From contig JBHELG010000084.1 in assembly GCA_046263195.1 (NCBI GenBank), forward strand, positions 4,855 through 68,854: a stretch of 64,000 nt of DNA, in the 5' to 3' direction. This DNA is from Nitriliruptorales bacterium (GTDB lineage Bacteria > Actinomycetota > Nitriliruptoria > Nitriliruptorales > JAHWKO01). The notes beneath the pieces were generated by a model that was given only the letters and a program-made list of their open reading frames with translations, was not told the DNA's origin and did not search any database. The translations under genes and the position numbers were made by a program. This document shows positions 41,191 through 51,394 of the stretch, piece by piece; the first letter of the stretch is position 1, and each line of letters begins with the position of its first letter.

Positions 41191-42726
41191 GTGTTGCTCG
41201 CGGAACTCGTCGCCACCTCGTACGCGCTCGCCGCCACGCGAAGCCGCCGGCGCAAGACGGAGCTGCTCGCCGCCTGCCTGCGGGCCATGGCTGCAGAGGA
41301 GGTGGCGACCGGCGCCCTCTACCTCGCCGGCATGGTGCGCCAGCCACGGCTGGAGCTGGGCTGGGCGGCCGTGCGCCGGGTCTCGCCGCCGCCCGCGGAG
41401 GCGGCGTCCCTCGACCTGCTCGGCGTCGACCAGGCCCTCGAGGAGTTGGCCGGCTTCCACGGGACCGGGTCCCGGACCGCGCGTCTCGAGGCGCTAGGCG
41501 AGCTGCTTGCCGCCGCCACGGCGGACGAGCAACATTTCATGCGCCGCCTCGTGCTGGGAGAGCTTCGCCAAGGCGCTCTGGAGGGGATGCTGACCCAGGC
41601 CATCGCAGTGGCCTTCACGGTGCCCGAGGCCGACGTCAGACGAGCGCTCATGCTGCGCGGCGACTTGGGGGACGTGGCTCAGGCGGCCAGCCGGGGGGGC
41701 GCCGCAGCGATACGGAACTTCCGGCTCACGCTGTTCCAACCACTCCAGCCCATGCTGGCCCAGACGGCGGGAGACCTGAGCGAAGCCTTCGAAGAGCTCG
41801 GTCAGGCGGCCGTGGAGTACAAGCTGGACGGTGCCCGGATACAGGTGCACCGGGAGGGCAGCGAGGTCCGCGTGTACAGCCGCAACCTACGCGACATCAC
41901 CGACCGCCTCGACGAAGTCGTCGCCGCCGCTGCGACCCTGCCCGCAAAACAGCTGGTGCTCGACGGCGAAGTCCTGTCCCTGCGACCCGAGGAAGTCCCC
42001 GAGGCGTTTCAGGACACGATGCGCCGGTTCGGCAGCGACCGGTCGCCCCACGCTCTTCCGATGATGGCGTTCTTCTTCGACTGTCTGCACCTTGACGGCG
42101 AGGATCTGTTGGATCGGCCGCTCGGGCAACGCATCGCCGCTCTCGAGGATGCCGTCCGGCAGCCTCTGCTCGTCCCCCGCCGGATCGTGGCGGGCGTCGA
42201 GGCGGCACAGGGGATGTTGGAGGAGGCGCTACGCCTTGGGCACGAAGGCGTCATGGTGAAGGCCGTCGACGCCTCCTACGAGGCGGGTCGGAGGGGGGCC
42301 GCATGGCGGAAGGTCAAACCGAGCCACACCCTCGACCTCGTGGTGCTCGCGGCGGAGTGGGGGCATGGCCGGCGTCGCGGCTGGCTGTCCAACCTCCATC
42401 TGGGGGCGCGCGACCCTTCGACCGGCGGCTTCGTGATGCTGGGCAAGACCTTCAAAGGCCTCACTGACCAGCTGCTCGAGTGGCAGACCCGCCACCTGCT
42501 CGAGCTGGAGGTCGGCCGTGAAGGCCACATCGTCCATGTACGTCCGGAGCTCGTGGTTGAAGTGGCCTTCGACGGTGTGCAGGTCAGTCCCCGCTATCCC
42601 GGCGGACTCGCGCTGCGCTTCGCGCGCGTGAAGCGCTACCGCCCGGACAAGGCAGCGAGCGGGGCCGACACGATCGAGATTGTGCGGGCGATCCATGCTC
42701 GGCGGGGAGAGGAACGGACCACCTGA
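41191..42726 (+). CDS. ligB: ATP-dependent DNA ligase (LigB-type)
   Basis: EYKLDGARIQ, LDGEV, EGVMVK, GRRGAAWRKVK and LRFARVKRYRPDK. Confidence 0.93.
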   Translation: MLLAELVATSYALAATRSRRRKTELLAACLRAMAAEEVATGALYLAGMVRQPRLELGWAAVRRVSPPPAEAASLDLLGVDQALEELAGFHGTGSRTARLEALGELLAAATADEQHFMRRLVLGELRQGALEGMLTQAIAVAFTVPEADVRRALMLRGDLGDVAQAASRGGAAAIRNFRLTLFQPLQPMLAQTAGDLSEAFEELGQAAVEYKLDGARIQVHREGSEVRVYSRNLRDITDRLDEVVAAAATLPAKQLVLDGEVLSLRPEEVPEAFQDTMRRFGSDRSPHALPMMAFFFDCLHLDGEDLLDRPLGQRIAALEDAVRQPLLVPRRIVAGVEAAQGMLEEALRLGHEGVMVKAVDASYEAGRRGAAWRKVKPSHTLDLVVLAAEWGHGRRRGWLSNLHLGARDPSTGGFVMLGKTFKGLTDQLLEWQTRHLLELEVGREGHIVHVRPELVVEVAFDGVQVSPRYPGGLALRFARVKRYRPDKAASGADTIEIVRAIHARRGEERTT

Positions 42727-42742
42727 CCCTGACTGTGGGGGA

Positions 42743-43503
42743 TCAGCCCCCGGCGCGCTCGGCGTTGGCATGGATCGCGTCGCGCACGTACTGCGCGAGG
42801 CCGGCTGCCCGCTCCTCGTAGTGGGACGTGAAGCGGGGGTCTTCCAGGTAGAGGTCACCGAGCCGACCGTGCAGCTCGTGGGAGCAGTCGTAGAACCAGC
42901 GACTGATGTGCTTGCGGTGCGCCTCGGCGGCGTCCATCGCGGCCTCGGAGTGGGGGGACACACCGGCGGCGAGGGCAGCTGCGAATCGCCGCTCGATCTC
43001 CTCGCCCTCGCCCGGATCGCCACCCACTGCGCCTTCCCATAGCTGCCCGTGCGTCGCGTACTCTCGCGGTAGGCGCCGCTGCCGCCCCAGCGCTGCTTCA
43101 CCTCCTCGGCGTACTGCGTCACGTCGTCTCCACCGAACACCTCGAGCATCTCTTCGGGTGTCAGGTTGATGCCCATCTGTCTCGCCCCCATCGTCAGTCG
43201 CACCGCGGCTCGCATGTCCTCGAGCCGCCCGATGCGCGCGGTCTGCAGCTCGTGCTGTCGCCTCAGATGCTCCATCGCGTCCACCTGCGGGTCGTCGAGC
43301 AGGACCGCGATCTCGTCCAAGGGGAAGCCGAGCTCGCGGTAGAACAGCACCTGCTGCAGCCGGACGAGGTCATCGTCGTCGTACTGGCGGTAACCGGCCG
43401 GTGTCCGCCCCCTGGGGGACACCAACCCGGTCTCGTCGTAGTGGTGCAGGGTCCGCACGGTGACCCCCGCGAACCGGGCGACCTGGCTCACGGAGTAGCT
43501 CAT
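42743..43503 (-). pseudogene. tipA: TipA (MerR-family thiopeptide sensor) with one frameshift at about 43010
   Basis: MSYSVSQVARFAGVTVRTLHHYD (MerR HTH); internal MGINLTPEE (ATG 43176); C-terminal HRKHI..YDCSHELH..Y..DPRF..GLAQYVRDAIHANA in another frame. Confidence 0.85.
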
Positions 43504-43558
43504 TCGGCTTTCTCTCCTGGCGCCGAACGCGGGCGGATGGCACGTTCTGGTGCCCTCC

Positions 43559-43589
43559 AAGCTACGGCCTGACGCGACGTGAGGGTCAA
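43559..43589 (-). promoter_or_regulatory. MerR-type promoter/operator of tipA
   Basis: Minus strand TTGACC - 19 nt - TAGCTT, with imperfect dyad CTCACGTCGCGTCAG in the spacer. Confidence 0.78.
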
Positions 43590-43648
43590 GGCATGGTCCC
43601 GATGCTTCGATAGCACGAGACTGCCGGGCGCCGACGATCGGGGAAGCC

Positions 43649-44786
43649 ATGAGAAGGGAGGGCCCGCATCGAGGTCGCATCCTCGGCCTCGCGGTCGTCA
43701 CGGCTGCCCTCGTCCCGATGGGCCTTGCCATGGCTCAGGAACGGGAGCTGGAGGGCAAAGTCCGCAGTGGCGGGGAGGTAGTCGTGCCGGAAGGTTGAGA
43801 CGGTAACCGGCGACCTCTACGCCTCCGGAGGGATGGTGCGGATGGAGGGGACCGTGGAGGGAGACCTCGTGGCCGCCGGCGGTCAGGTTCAGATGGTGGG
43901 AAGGGTCGGCGGTGACCTGGTCATGGCCGGGGGAAGCCTCACGGTGCCCGGTGAGGTAGGAGGCGACATACGGGCCGCAGGGGGACAGTTCACCATGAGC
44001 GGATCCGCGGGGGAGGACCTCCTGTTCGCAGGCGGCCAAGCCTCCGTCTCCGGCACGGTCGGGGACGACCTCATCTTCTCGGCAGGTCAGACGAGACTGG
44101 ACGGCCAGGTGTCGGGGGACGTCCTGGGCAACGCCGGCACCTACGAGCGACAGGGGACGGTGGGCGGTACGGAGGATGTGACGGTCGGGGAGAAGGAGAA
44201 GGCACCTCCCAGCACTGGTGAGCGGATCCTCGCAGCCTTCCGTCGCTACGTCGCCGTGCTCGTGGTGGGGGCCCTCTTCCTATGGCTGGCCCCAGCTCTC
44301 CTCCAAGCGGCCTCCAGCCGGCTGCGGCAGCAGCCCCTGCCTTCCCTGGCCGTCGGGCTGCTCGAGATGGTGGGTTTCGTGCTAATCGTGCTCGTTGCCG
44401 TCCTCGTCGCGGTGCTGACTGCCGTGATCCTCGGCCTGCTGGGCCTCGGGAGCCTCGCGGCCACGACCGTCCTCGCGACCCTGCTCGGGGTGGGCGCCTT
44501 GAGCCTGGCCTTCGTCGTAGCGGTGGTCTTTGTCGCCGACGCCGTCGCCGGGCTCACCCTCGGTCGGCTGGTCTCCCCCGGTGGCGGGAAGGCAACCCCG
44601 ATCCAACAGCTCGTCCTCATGGCCCTCGGCGTGCTGCCTGTTGTCGGCATCACCGCCCTGCCCGTCGTCGGAGGCTGGGTGAGGCTCCTCGTCGTCCTCT
44701 TCGGTCTCGGAGCTCTGCTGCTGGGCGCCAGAAGCGTCGCGGCTGGTCGACGGACCGGCGGGCGGGCAGGCATGGCCCAGACGTAG
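43649..44786 (+). pseudogene. Membrane protein with Gly-rich beta-solenoid (polymer-forming-like) repeats, +1 frameshift at about 43796
   Basis: Signal-like N-terminus from ATG 43649 reads GAA GGT TGA. Removing one T gives GAA GGT GAG ACG GTA, in frame with the repeats (V.GDL..AGG) and five C-terminal TM helices. Confidence 0.72.
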
Positions 44787-44849
44787 AGGCGCACCGCGCG
44801 TGCCACCGGTTAGGGTCGGGTCACACAGCCACCACATGGGAGGAACACG

Positions 44850-45284
44850 ATGCCCACACGTAGCGCCGAGGCCCGCTGGGAAGGCACCCTCGAACAGGGC
44901 AAGGGCAGTATGCGGCTTCCCAGCCAGGGGTACGAAGGCCCCTTCACCTACGCCTCGCGCTTCGAGGAGGAGGAGGGCACGAACCCCGAGGAGCTGCTCG
45001 GCGCGGCGCTCGCCGGCTGTCTCTCGCAGTTTCTCGCCGGACTGCTCTCCGACGCGGGCTACGAGCCCAGCGCCATCTCCACCACCGCGAAGGTCACGAT
45101 CGAGGAGGTGGATGGCGCCCCGACCATTACCCGCATCGAGCTCACCATCGAAGCGGACGTGCCGCAACTCGGCGACGACGAGTTCCAGGCCAAGCTCGAG
45201 CAGGCAAAGGACCAGTGTCCCGTCTCGAAGGCGCTCGCCGGCGTGGAGGAGATCACCGCGACGGGGAAGCTGAACCCGTCCTGA
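44850..45284 (+). CDS. osmC: OsmC family peroxiredoxin
   Basis: SRFEE..GTNPEELLGAALAGC and AKDQCPVSKAL. Confidence 0.92.
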   Translation: MPTRSAEARWEGTLEQGKGSMRLPSQGYEGPFTYASRFEEEEGTNPEELLGAALAGCLSQFLAGLLSDAGYEPSAISTTAKVTIEEVDGAPTITRIELTIEADVPQLGDDEFQAKLEQAKDQCPVSKALAGVEEITATGKLNPS

Positions 45285-45312
45285 GGATGCTCTGCAGGGG
45301 CGGGGACCTCAC

Positions 45313-48264
45313 ATGATCGCCCCGACCCAGCTCGCAGCCGAGCTGACCGCGTCCATCGACGGTGAAGTGCGCTTCGATGACGGCTACCGGGCCATGTACG
45401 CCTACGACGCCTCCGTCTACCGCCAGACACCGATCGGCGTCGTCATCCCCAGGCACGCCGAAGACGTCGTGTCCGCGCTCGAAATCTGCCGCGCCTACGA
45501 TGTCCCCCTGCTACCGCGGGGCAGTGGGACGAGCCTGAACGGCCAGTGCTGCAACGTGGCGGTCGTCTTCGACTTCTCGAAGTACCTCCACGGCATCGTC
45601 GATCTCGACCCGCGACGCAAGCTCGCCCGCGTCCTGCCAGGCACGATTCTCGACTCGTTGCGCAACGCCGCTGAAGCCCATCGGCTCACCTTCGGCCCCG
45701 ACCCCGCCACCCACGACAGTTGCTCGCTCGGCGGCATGATCGGCAACAACGCCTGTGGCACCCATTCGCTCATTGCCGGCCGCACGAGCGACAACGTCGA
45801 GGAGCTAGAGATCCTCACCTACGACGGCTTGCGCATGCGGGTCGGGCGCACGAGCGCAGAAGAGCTCGAGAGCACCGTCGCCAGCGGTGGCCGACGAGGA
45901 GAGATCTACGCCGGGCTGAAGCGGCTCCGAGACCGTTATGCCGCCCCCATCCGCCAGCTTTTCCCCGCCATCCCACGGCGGGTGTCGGGCTACAACCTCG
46001 ACGAGCTGTTACCCGAGAACGACTTCAACGTGGCCCGGGCACTCGTCGGCACCGAGGGCACCTGTGCCTTCGTCCTCGAGGCCACGGTCAGCCTCATCGA
46101 CAGTCCCCAGTACCGCACCCTCGTCGTCGTCGGCTACCCGACCATCCCGGCTGCCGGACGCGCCGTCCCAGAGCTCCTCACCCACCCGCTGATCGGACTC
46201 GAATGCTTCGATCGCAAGGCCATCGCAAATCAGCAAGCGAAGGGTCTCCGCTTTCCGGGTTGGGACCTCCTGACCGAGGGGGACGCCTGGCTGCTCGCAG
46301 AGTTCGGCGGGGCCTCGCAGGAAGAGTCGGACACCTTGGCCTCGGCGTTCGCCACCATGCTCGAGCAGGCCCGGGGCGCCACACACGTTCGTCTGGTCAG
46401 TAGTTACCGGGACCAGGCGGCCGTGTGGGACATCCGCCGGCACGCGGCGGGCACCACTCGGACACCGGTGGGACAGGGGGGGCACGCGGGCTGGCCGAAC
46501 TTCGAGGACGCAGCGGTGCCACCCGAGCGGCTCGGCGACTACCTGGAGGACTTCCTGGGGCTCCTCGACGTCTACGGCTACCACGGGGCGCTCTACGGCC
46601 ACTTCGGGGAGGGTTGCGTGCACTGCCGCCTCGATTTCCGGCTACGCAGCGTCGAAGGCGTCGCGAAGATGCGCCGCTTCATGGAGGCGGCCACCGACCT
46701 CGTCGTCTCCTACGGAGGTTCCATCTCGGGGGAGCACGGCGACGGTCAGCGGGGCGAGCTGCTGGTGCGAATGTACGGTCCCGAGTTCGTGCGAGCGTTC
46801 GAGGAGTTCAAAGCCCTCTGGGACCCGAAAGGCCGCATGAACCCGGGCAAGGTGGTCGACCCCTATCCACTCGACGTGAATCTGCGTGAGGGGCCCGGCT
46901 ACCGCCTGCTGCCACTGGAGACCCACTTCGCCTACCCCCAGGATGGCGGCAGCTTCGGGGAGGCGGGCGCGCGCTGCTTCGGGGCAGGCAGATGTCGCCA
47001 CCTGGAGGGTGGAACGATGTGCCCGAGCTACATGGTCACGCGAGAGGAGATGCACTCGACGCGAGGCCGGGCGCGCCTGCTGCTCGAGCTCGCGGTGCCG
47101 TCGAGCCCGATCGCCCGGGATGGCTGGCGCAGCCGGCACGTGAAGCAGGCTCTCGACCTCTGCCTGTCCTGCAAGGGATGCAAGGGCGAGTGCCCGGTTC
47201 GGGTCGACATCGCCAGCTACAAGTCCGAGTTCCTGTCGCATTACTACGCCCGACGGCTGCGTCCGAGGACCGCCTACGCCTTGGGGCTCGTGTCGCTGTG
47301 GGCACGCCCCCTGTCACGGCTCCCGAGGCTCGTGAATGCGGCAATGCAGCATCCAGGCCTGAGCCAGGCGCTGAAGGCCGCGGTCGGCATCGCCCCGCAG
47401 CGACCCCTGCCTGCATTCGCGCCCCGCACCTTCAGGGACTGGTTCCGCAAGCGCTCTCCCCAGGTGTTGAACCGGGCACAGGAACACCTCGTGCTGCTCT
47501 GGCCCGACACGTTCACGAACTACTTCGAACCCCACATTCCCATCGCGGCGACGGAGGTTCTCGAAGCGGCGGGCTTCCGGGTCGTCATCCCCGACAGGTG
47601 GCTGTGCTGCGGGCGGCCGCTCTACGACTACGGCATGCTGACGCTCGCCAAGCGCCTCCTGCGGAACGTCCTCGATGAGCTTCGACCTGCCATACGCGGC
47701 GGTGTCCCCCTTGTAGGACTCGAGCCGAGTTGCGTAGCGGTCTTCCGCGACGAGCTCATCAACTTCTTCCCCGACGACGCAGACGCCCGGCAGCTCGCCC
47801 AGCAGTCCTACGTTCTGGCGGAGTTCTTGGCGGACAAGGCCTCGGACTTCCCCCTACCGAAGCTCGGTCGCAAGGCCCTCGTCCAGATGCACTGCCATCA
47901 GGCGGCCTTGGCCGGCACCGCGGCCACCCAGCGGGTGCTCGAACGGCTGGGCCTTGACTTCGAGATCCCCGACAGCGGCTGCTGCGGGATGGCAGGCAGC
48001 TTCGGCTATGAGTCGGGTGAGCACTACGAGGTGTCCATGAGGTGTGCGGAGCGAGTCATCCTTCCCACCGTGCGGGAGGCGAGCAGGGACACGATGATCC
48101 TCGCCGACGGGTTCAGCTGCCGAGGACAGATCGCCCAGGGCACGGCCCGCCATCCCCTCCATCTAGCCGAGGTCCTCCACATGGGCCTACGGGGTCTCGA
48201 CCCCCCCGACGCGTCAGCACCCGCCGAGCTCGGGCGAGCCCGGCCACCGTCCGGACCGCCGTGA
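45313..48264 (+). CDS. FAD-linked oxidase / Fe-S (GlcD-GlcF/GlpC-type) fusion oxidoreductase
   Basis: PRGSGTSLNGQ, SGEHGDG, CFGAGRC, CLSCKGCKGECP and CCG motifs. Confidence 0.9.
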   Translation: MIAPTQLAAELTASIDGEVRFDDGYRAMYAYDASVYRQTPIGVVIPRHAEDVVSALEICRAYDVPLLPRGSGTSLNGQCCNVAVVFDFSKYLHGIVDLDPRRKLARVLPGTILDSLRNAAEAHRLTFGPDPATHDSCSLGGMIGNNACGTHSLIAGRTSDNVEELEILTYDGLRMRVGRTSAEELESTVASGGRRGEIYAGLKRLRDRYAAPIRQLFPAIPRRVSGYNLDELLPENDFNVARALVGTEGTCAFVLEATVSLIDSPQYRTLVVVGYPTIPAAGRAVPELLTHPLIGLECFDRKAIANQQAKGLRFPGWDLLTEGDAWLLAEFGGASQEESDTLASAFATMLEQARGATHVRLVSSYRDQAAVWDIRRHAAGTTRTPVGQGGHAGWPNFEDAAVPPERLGDYLEDFLGLLDVYGYHGALYGHFGEGCVHCRLDFRLRSVEGVAKMRRFMEAATDLVVSYGGSISGEHGDGQRGELLVRMYGPEFVRAFEEFKALWDPKGRMNPGKVVDPYPLDVNLREGPGYRLLPLETHFAYPQDGGSFGEAGARCFGAGRCRHLEGGTMCPSYMVTREEMHSTRGRARLLLELAVPSSPIARDGWRSRHVKQALDLCLSCKGCKGECPVRVDIASYKSEFLSHYYARRLRPRTAYALGLVSLWARPLSRLPRLVNAAMQHPGLSQALKAAVGIAPQRPLPAFAPRTFRDWFRKRSPQVLNRAQEHLVLLWPDTFTNYFEPHIPIAATEVLEAAGFRVVIPDRWLCCGRPLYDYGMLTLAKRLLRNVLDELRPAIRGGVPLVGLEPSCVAVFRDELINFFPDDADARQLAQQSYVLAEFLADKASDFPLPKLGRKALVQMHCHQAALAGTAATQRVLERLGLDFEIPDSGCCGMAGSFGYESGEHYEVSMRCAERVILPTVREASRDTMILADGFSCRGQIAQGTARHPLHLAEVLHMGLRGLDPPDASAPAELGRARPPSGPP

Positions 48265-48443
48265 TTGGCGCATGCCGTCAGATTGCGTGGCACCCCACGG
48301 CACGGGCATGGTCGACGATCTGCGCCCGATTCTCAGCAGCGTTCTGGACCTTTGGCCCGTCTGACTTGCCCGAGACGCGGGCGCGACAGTTTCGCGGAGG
48401 GAGGCTCGAGCCTGGGGCCAACGTGTCCAGGCAGGAGCTGGAG

Positions 48444-49217
48444 ATGCCGTCAGGAGCTCAGGGTCAAGGGACCTTCCGGGTCGTCGCCCGGCTCGTCATC
48501 CTCGCCGCGCGGACCCTGCGTTGGCGCTACGACGTGGACGGCGTCGAGAACGTGCCCGAGCGGGGTGGCGCCGTGCTCGCCTGGAACCACCACAGCTACC
48601 TCGACCCGATCACGGTCGCCTGGGGCGCTTATCGGCGCTTCGGCCGTCCCGTGCGCTTTCTCGGCAAGCAGGAGTTGTTCGACCTCCCCGGGCTCGGGCG
48701 GGTGCTCCGCTCCTCCGGGCACATCCCCGTCGCCAGGGCCAGCCGCGCGGGCCGGAAACGGGCCTTCGACACGGCCGTCGAGACACTACGGGCTGGCGAC
48801 CTCGTGGCGGTCGCGCCTGAGCAGACCATCTCCGAGTCCTTCGAGCTGCTGCCGTTCACCACCGGTGCGGTGCGCATGGCCAAGCAGGCCGACGTGCCGT
48901 TGATCCCGGTCGTGTCCTGGGGCGCCCAACGCGTGGCGACCAGGGGCCGCCGGCGGCTACGAAACCTCGCGGGCCTGGTGGTGCTCGTGCGCTACGGGCG
49001 GCCTCTGCGGCTGGGTCCCGACGAGGACTCCGAGGCCGCGACACAGCGCCTCCGCGAGAGGATGGCCCAGATGCTCGACGAGGCGCAGCGCGCCTATCCG
49101 GTCGAGCCTGGTCCAGGCGATGCCTGGTGGCAGCCCCGACGACTGGGCGGCAGTGCACCGCCCCACGACGAGGTACTCCGTAAGCACGGCGAGCGAGGAG
49201 CCGAGTGGGGGGACTGA
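48444..49217 (+). CDS. Lysophospholipid acyltransferase (PlsC family)
   Basis: NHHSYLD (HxxxxD), RFLGKQELF, APEQTIS and FTTGAVRMA. Confidence 0.87.
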   Translation: MPSGAQGQGTFRVVARLVILAARTLRWRYDVDGVENVPERGGAVLAWNHHSYLDPITVAWGAYRRFGRPVRFLGKQELFDLPGLGRVLRSSGHIPVARASRAGRKRAFDTAVETLRAGDLVAVAPEQTISESFELLPFTTGAVRMAKQADVPLIPVVSWGAQRVATRGRRRLRNLAGLVVLVRYGRPLRLGPDEDSEAATQRLRERMAQMLDEAQRAYPVEPGPGDAWWQPRRLGGSAPPHDEVLRKHGERGAEWGD

Positions 49218-49274
49218 GCCCTGCTCCGCCGTCAGCGGAAAACGAGCGACGCGCCGCTGGATTTGTCATGAGGG

Positions 49275-49297
49275 GCGCATCCAATGCAAGGATGCGC
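49275..49297. terminator. 8-bp hairpin in the plsC-citE spacer
   Basis: GCGCATCC / GGATGCGC with a 7-nt loop. Confidence 0.35.
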
Positions 49298-49314
49298 GTT
49301 CAGCGACCGGAGAT

Positions 49315-49360
49315 CTGTCCTATACACGGTCTTGGGCAATCCAAGACCGCTGGCCCGCCC
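49315..49360. repeat. Short copy of the dispersed hairpin repeat family (reverse orientation)
   Basis: CTGTCC-N6-CGGTCTTGG-GCAAT-CCAAGACCG-CTGGCCCGCCC; perfect 9-bp stem 49327-49349; same CTGTCC spacing as the 6404 copy. Confidence 0.75.
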
Positions 49361-49371
49361 AAGGAGGACCC

Positions 49372-50373
49372 GTGCCAGCAACTCCCCGCCGCCCCTACCA
49401 CCCCCGCCGCTCCTGTCTCGCGGTGCCGGGCTCCTCTGAGAAGATGCTGACGAAAGCTCAGGGCTTCAACGCCGACCAGGTGTTCCTGGACCTCGAGGAC
49501 TCGGTCGCACCCGACGTGAAACCCGAAGCACGCGGGATGGTCGTCGAGGCGCTCCGGAACGGTGACTGGGCCGACCGAGTCCGGGTGGTGCGTACCAACG
49601 ACGTCTCGACGCCCTGGTGCCTGCGCGACATCGACCACGTCGTCTCCCACACGGGTCCCGACTACCTCGACTGCATAATGATCCCCAAGGTCCAGGACGC
49701 CGGTCAGGTCCATTTCGTAGACCACGTGCTCACCCAGCTCGAGCGGGAGAACAGCTGGCCGGTCGGTTCGATCGGCCTCGAGTTGCAGATCGAGAACGCC
49801 CAGGGGCTCACGAACGCCGACGAAATCCTCGCCGTCAGCCCCCGTACCGAGACCTTCATCTTCGGACCGGGCGACATGGCGGCTGCCCTCGGCATGCCCT
49901 CGCTGACCGTCGGCGCCATTCAGCCCGACTATCCGGGCGACCACTGGCACTGGGTGCTCATGCGCGTCCTCGTGGCGGCGCGCAATGCCGGCGTGCAGGC
50001 CATCGACGGGCCCTACGCCCGGATCCGGGACACCGAGGGCTTTCGCGAAGTGGCCACACGCAGCCGGGTGCTCGGCTTCGACGGCAAGTGGGTGCTCCAT
50101 CCCGGACAGATCGACAGCGCCAACGAGGTGTACGGGGTCACCCAGGAGGAGTACGAGCGTGCCGAGGACATCCTCGCCGCCTACGAGCACGCGAGAGGTG
50201 CGGAGCGACGGGGCGCGGTCATGTTCGGTGACGAGATGATCGACGAGGCGACCCGCAAGATGGCCGCGGTGAACGCCGAGAAGGGCCGCCGCCAAGGAAT
50301 GGCGCCCCGCCCCGTTCCCCAGGACGTCCCCTTCCACGCCCGGGCGGAGTGGCGCGCGGAGCATGCCGTCTAG
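49372..50373 (+). CDS. HpcH/HpaI-CitE family CoA ester lyase (malyl-CoA/citryl-CoA lyase-like)
   Basis: RRSCLAVPG, VFLDLEDS, LQIEN, FGPGDM, IDGPY and GFDGKWVLHP; GTG 49372 after AAGGAGG. Confidence 0.9.
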   Translation: MPATPRRPYHPRRSCLAVPGSSEKMLTKAQGFNADQVFLDLEDSVAPDVKPEARGMVVEALRNGDWADRVRVVRTNDVSTPWCLRDIDHVVSHTGPDYLDCIMIPKVQDAGQVHFVDHVLTQLERENSWPVGSIGLELQIENAQGLTNADEILAVSPRTETFIFGPGDMAAALGMPSLTVGAIQPDYPGDHWHWVLMRVLVAARNAGVQAIDGPYARIRDTEGFREVATRSRVLGFDGKWVLHPGQIDSANEVYGVTQEEYERAEDILAAYEHARGAERRGAVMFGDEMIDEATRKMAAVNAEKGRRQGMAPRPVPQDVPFHARAEWRAEHAV

Positions 50374-50400
50374 CCAGGGCCAGCTCGAGGAGGAACCGGA

Positions 50401-50910
50401 ATGCAGTTCGGTCGCTATTTCGAGGACTTCGAGGTGGGTGACGTCTACAAGCATTGGCCTGGCAAGACGATCACCGAGTACGACGATCACCTCTTCTGCG
50501 CCATCACCATGAATCAGCACCCCCTGCACTCGGACGCTCACTATGCCCAGACGTCGACCCACTTCCGACGTAACGTCGTCGTCGGCAACCTCGTCTACTC
50601 CCTGGTGCTCGGTCAGAGTGTCCCGGACGTGTCCGGCAAGGCCATCGCCAACCTCGAGGTCGAGTACTTGAGACACGCGAACCCGACCTTCCACGGCGAC
50701 ACGATCTATTCGGAGACCGTCGTGGTGGACAAGCGGGAGTCCCGCTCGAGAGCCGACCGGGGAGTCGTCACGGTCGAGACGATCGGTTACAACCAGGACG
50801 GCACTATCGTCTGCGAGTTCCGCCGCAAGGTCCTGGTACCGAAACGAGAGGCGGGGTTCGAGGCGCAGCCTGGTCGACCGGTGCCGAAGCGGGGTGATGA
50901 GAGCGGGTAG
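50401..50910 (+). CDS. MaoC-like dehydratase
   Basis: YKHWPGKTITEYDDHLFC..TMNQHPLH, DVSGKAIANL and PTFHGDTIY. Confidence 0.9.
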   Translation: MQFGRYFEDFEVGDVYKHWPGKTITEYDDHLFCAITMNQHPLHSDAHYAQTSTHFRRNVVVGNLVYSLVLGQSVPDVSGKAIANLEVEYLRHANPTFHGDTIYSETVVVDKRESRSRADRGVVTVETIGYNQDGTIVCEFRRKVLVPKREAGFEAQPGRPVPKRGDESG

Positions 50911-50966
50911 GCTGCGCACGGCGCTGCGGCGGCCAGGTTGCCCGGTCGTTCAGGAGGGACACGGCG

Positions 50967-51377
50967 ATGAGCGTGATGCTCCGGGACGTCATGACCAGGA
51001 ATGTGCTCACGACAGCTCCCGACGCGACCGTTGCCGATGCGGCCAAGGCCATGACCGACCGCAAGGTCGGCTCCGCCTGTGTCGTGGACGAACAAGGGCG
51101 GCTGCTGGGCATCATCACGGAGCGAGACGTGTTACGGGCAGCCGGATCGGGCCGGAATCTCGTGAATGAGTCCGTGACCGAGTGGATGACACCGGACCCC
51201 ATCACGATCGGACCCGACGAGATGCCCTGCTCCGAGATCGCGAACATCATGATGGAGCGCGGCTTCCGGCACCTGCCGATCCTCGACGGAGACGAACTCA
51301 TCGGCATCGTTTCCATGCGGGACGTCTGGCGCTTCTCGTTTCTCCCTTCTGAGCCCGACGACGTCCTCCGGGCGTGA
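50967..51377 (+). CDS. Tandem CBS domain protein
   Basis: LRDVMT..KVGSACVVD..GIITERD and FRHLPI..GIVSMRD. Confidence 0.9.
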   Translation: MSVMLRDVMTRNVLTTAPDATVADAAKAMTDRKVGSACVVDEQGRLLGIITERDVLRAAGSGRNLVNESVTEWMTPDPITIGPDEMPCSEIANIMMERGFRHLPILDGDELIGIVSMRDVWRFSFLPSEPDDVLRA

Positions 51378-51394
51378 GCATTGGCAGGAAACAC

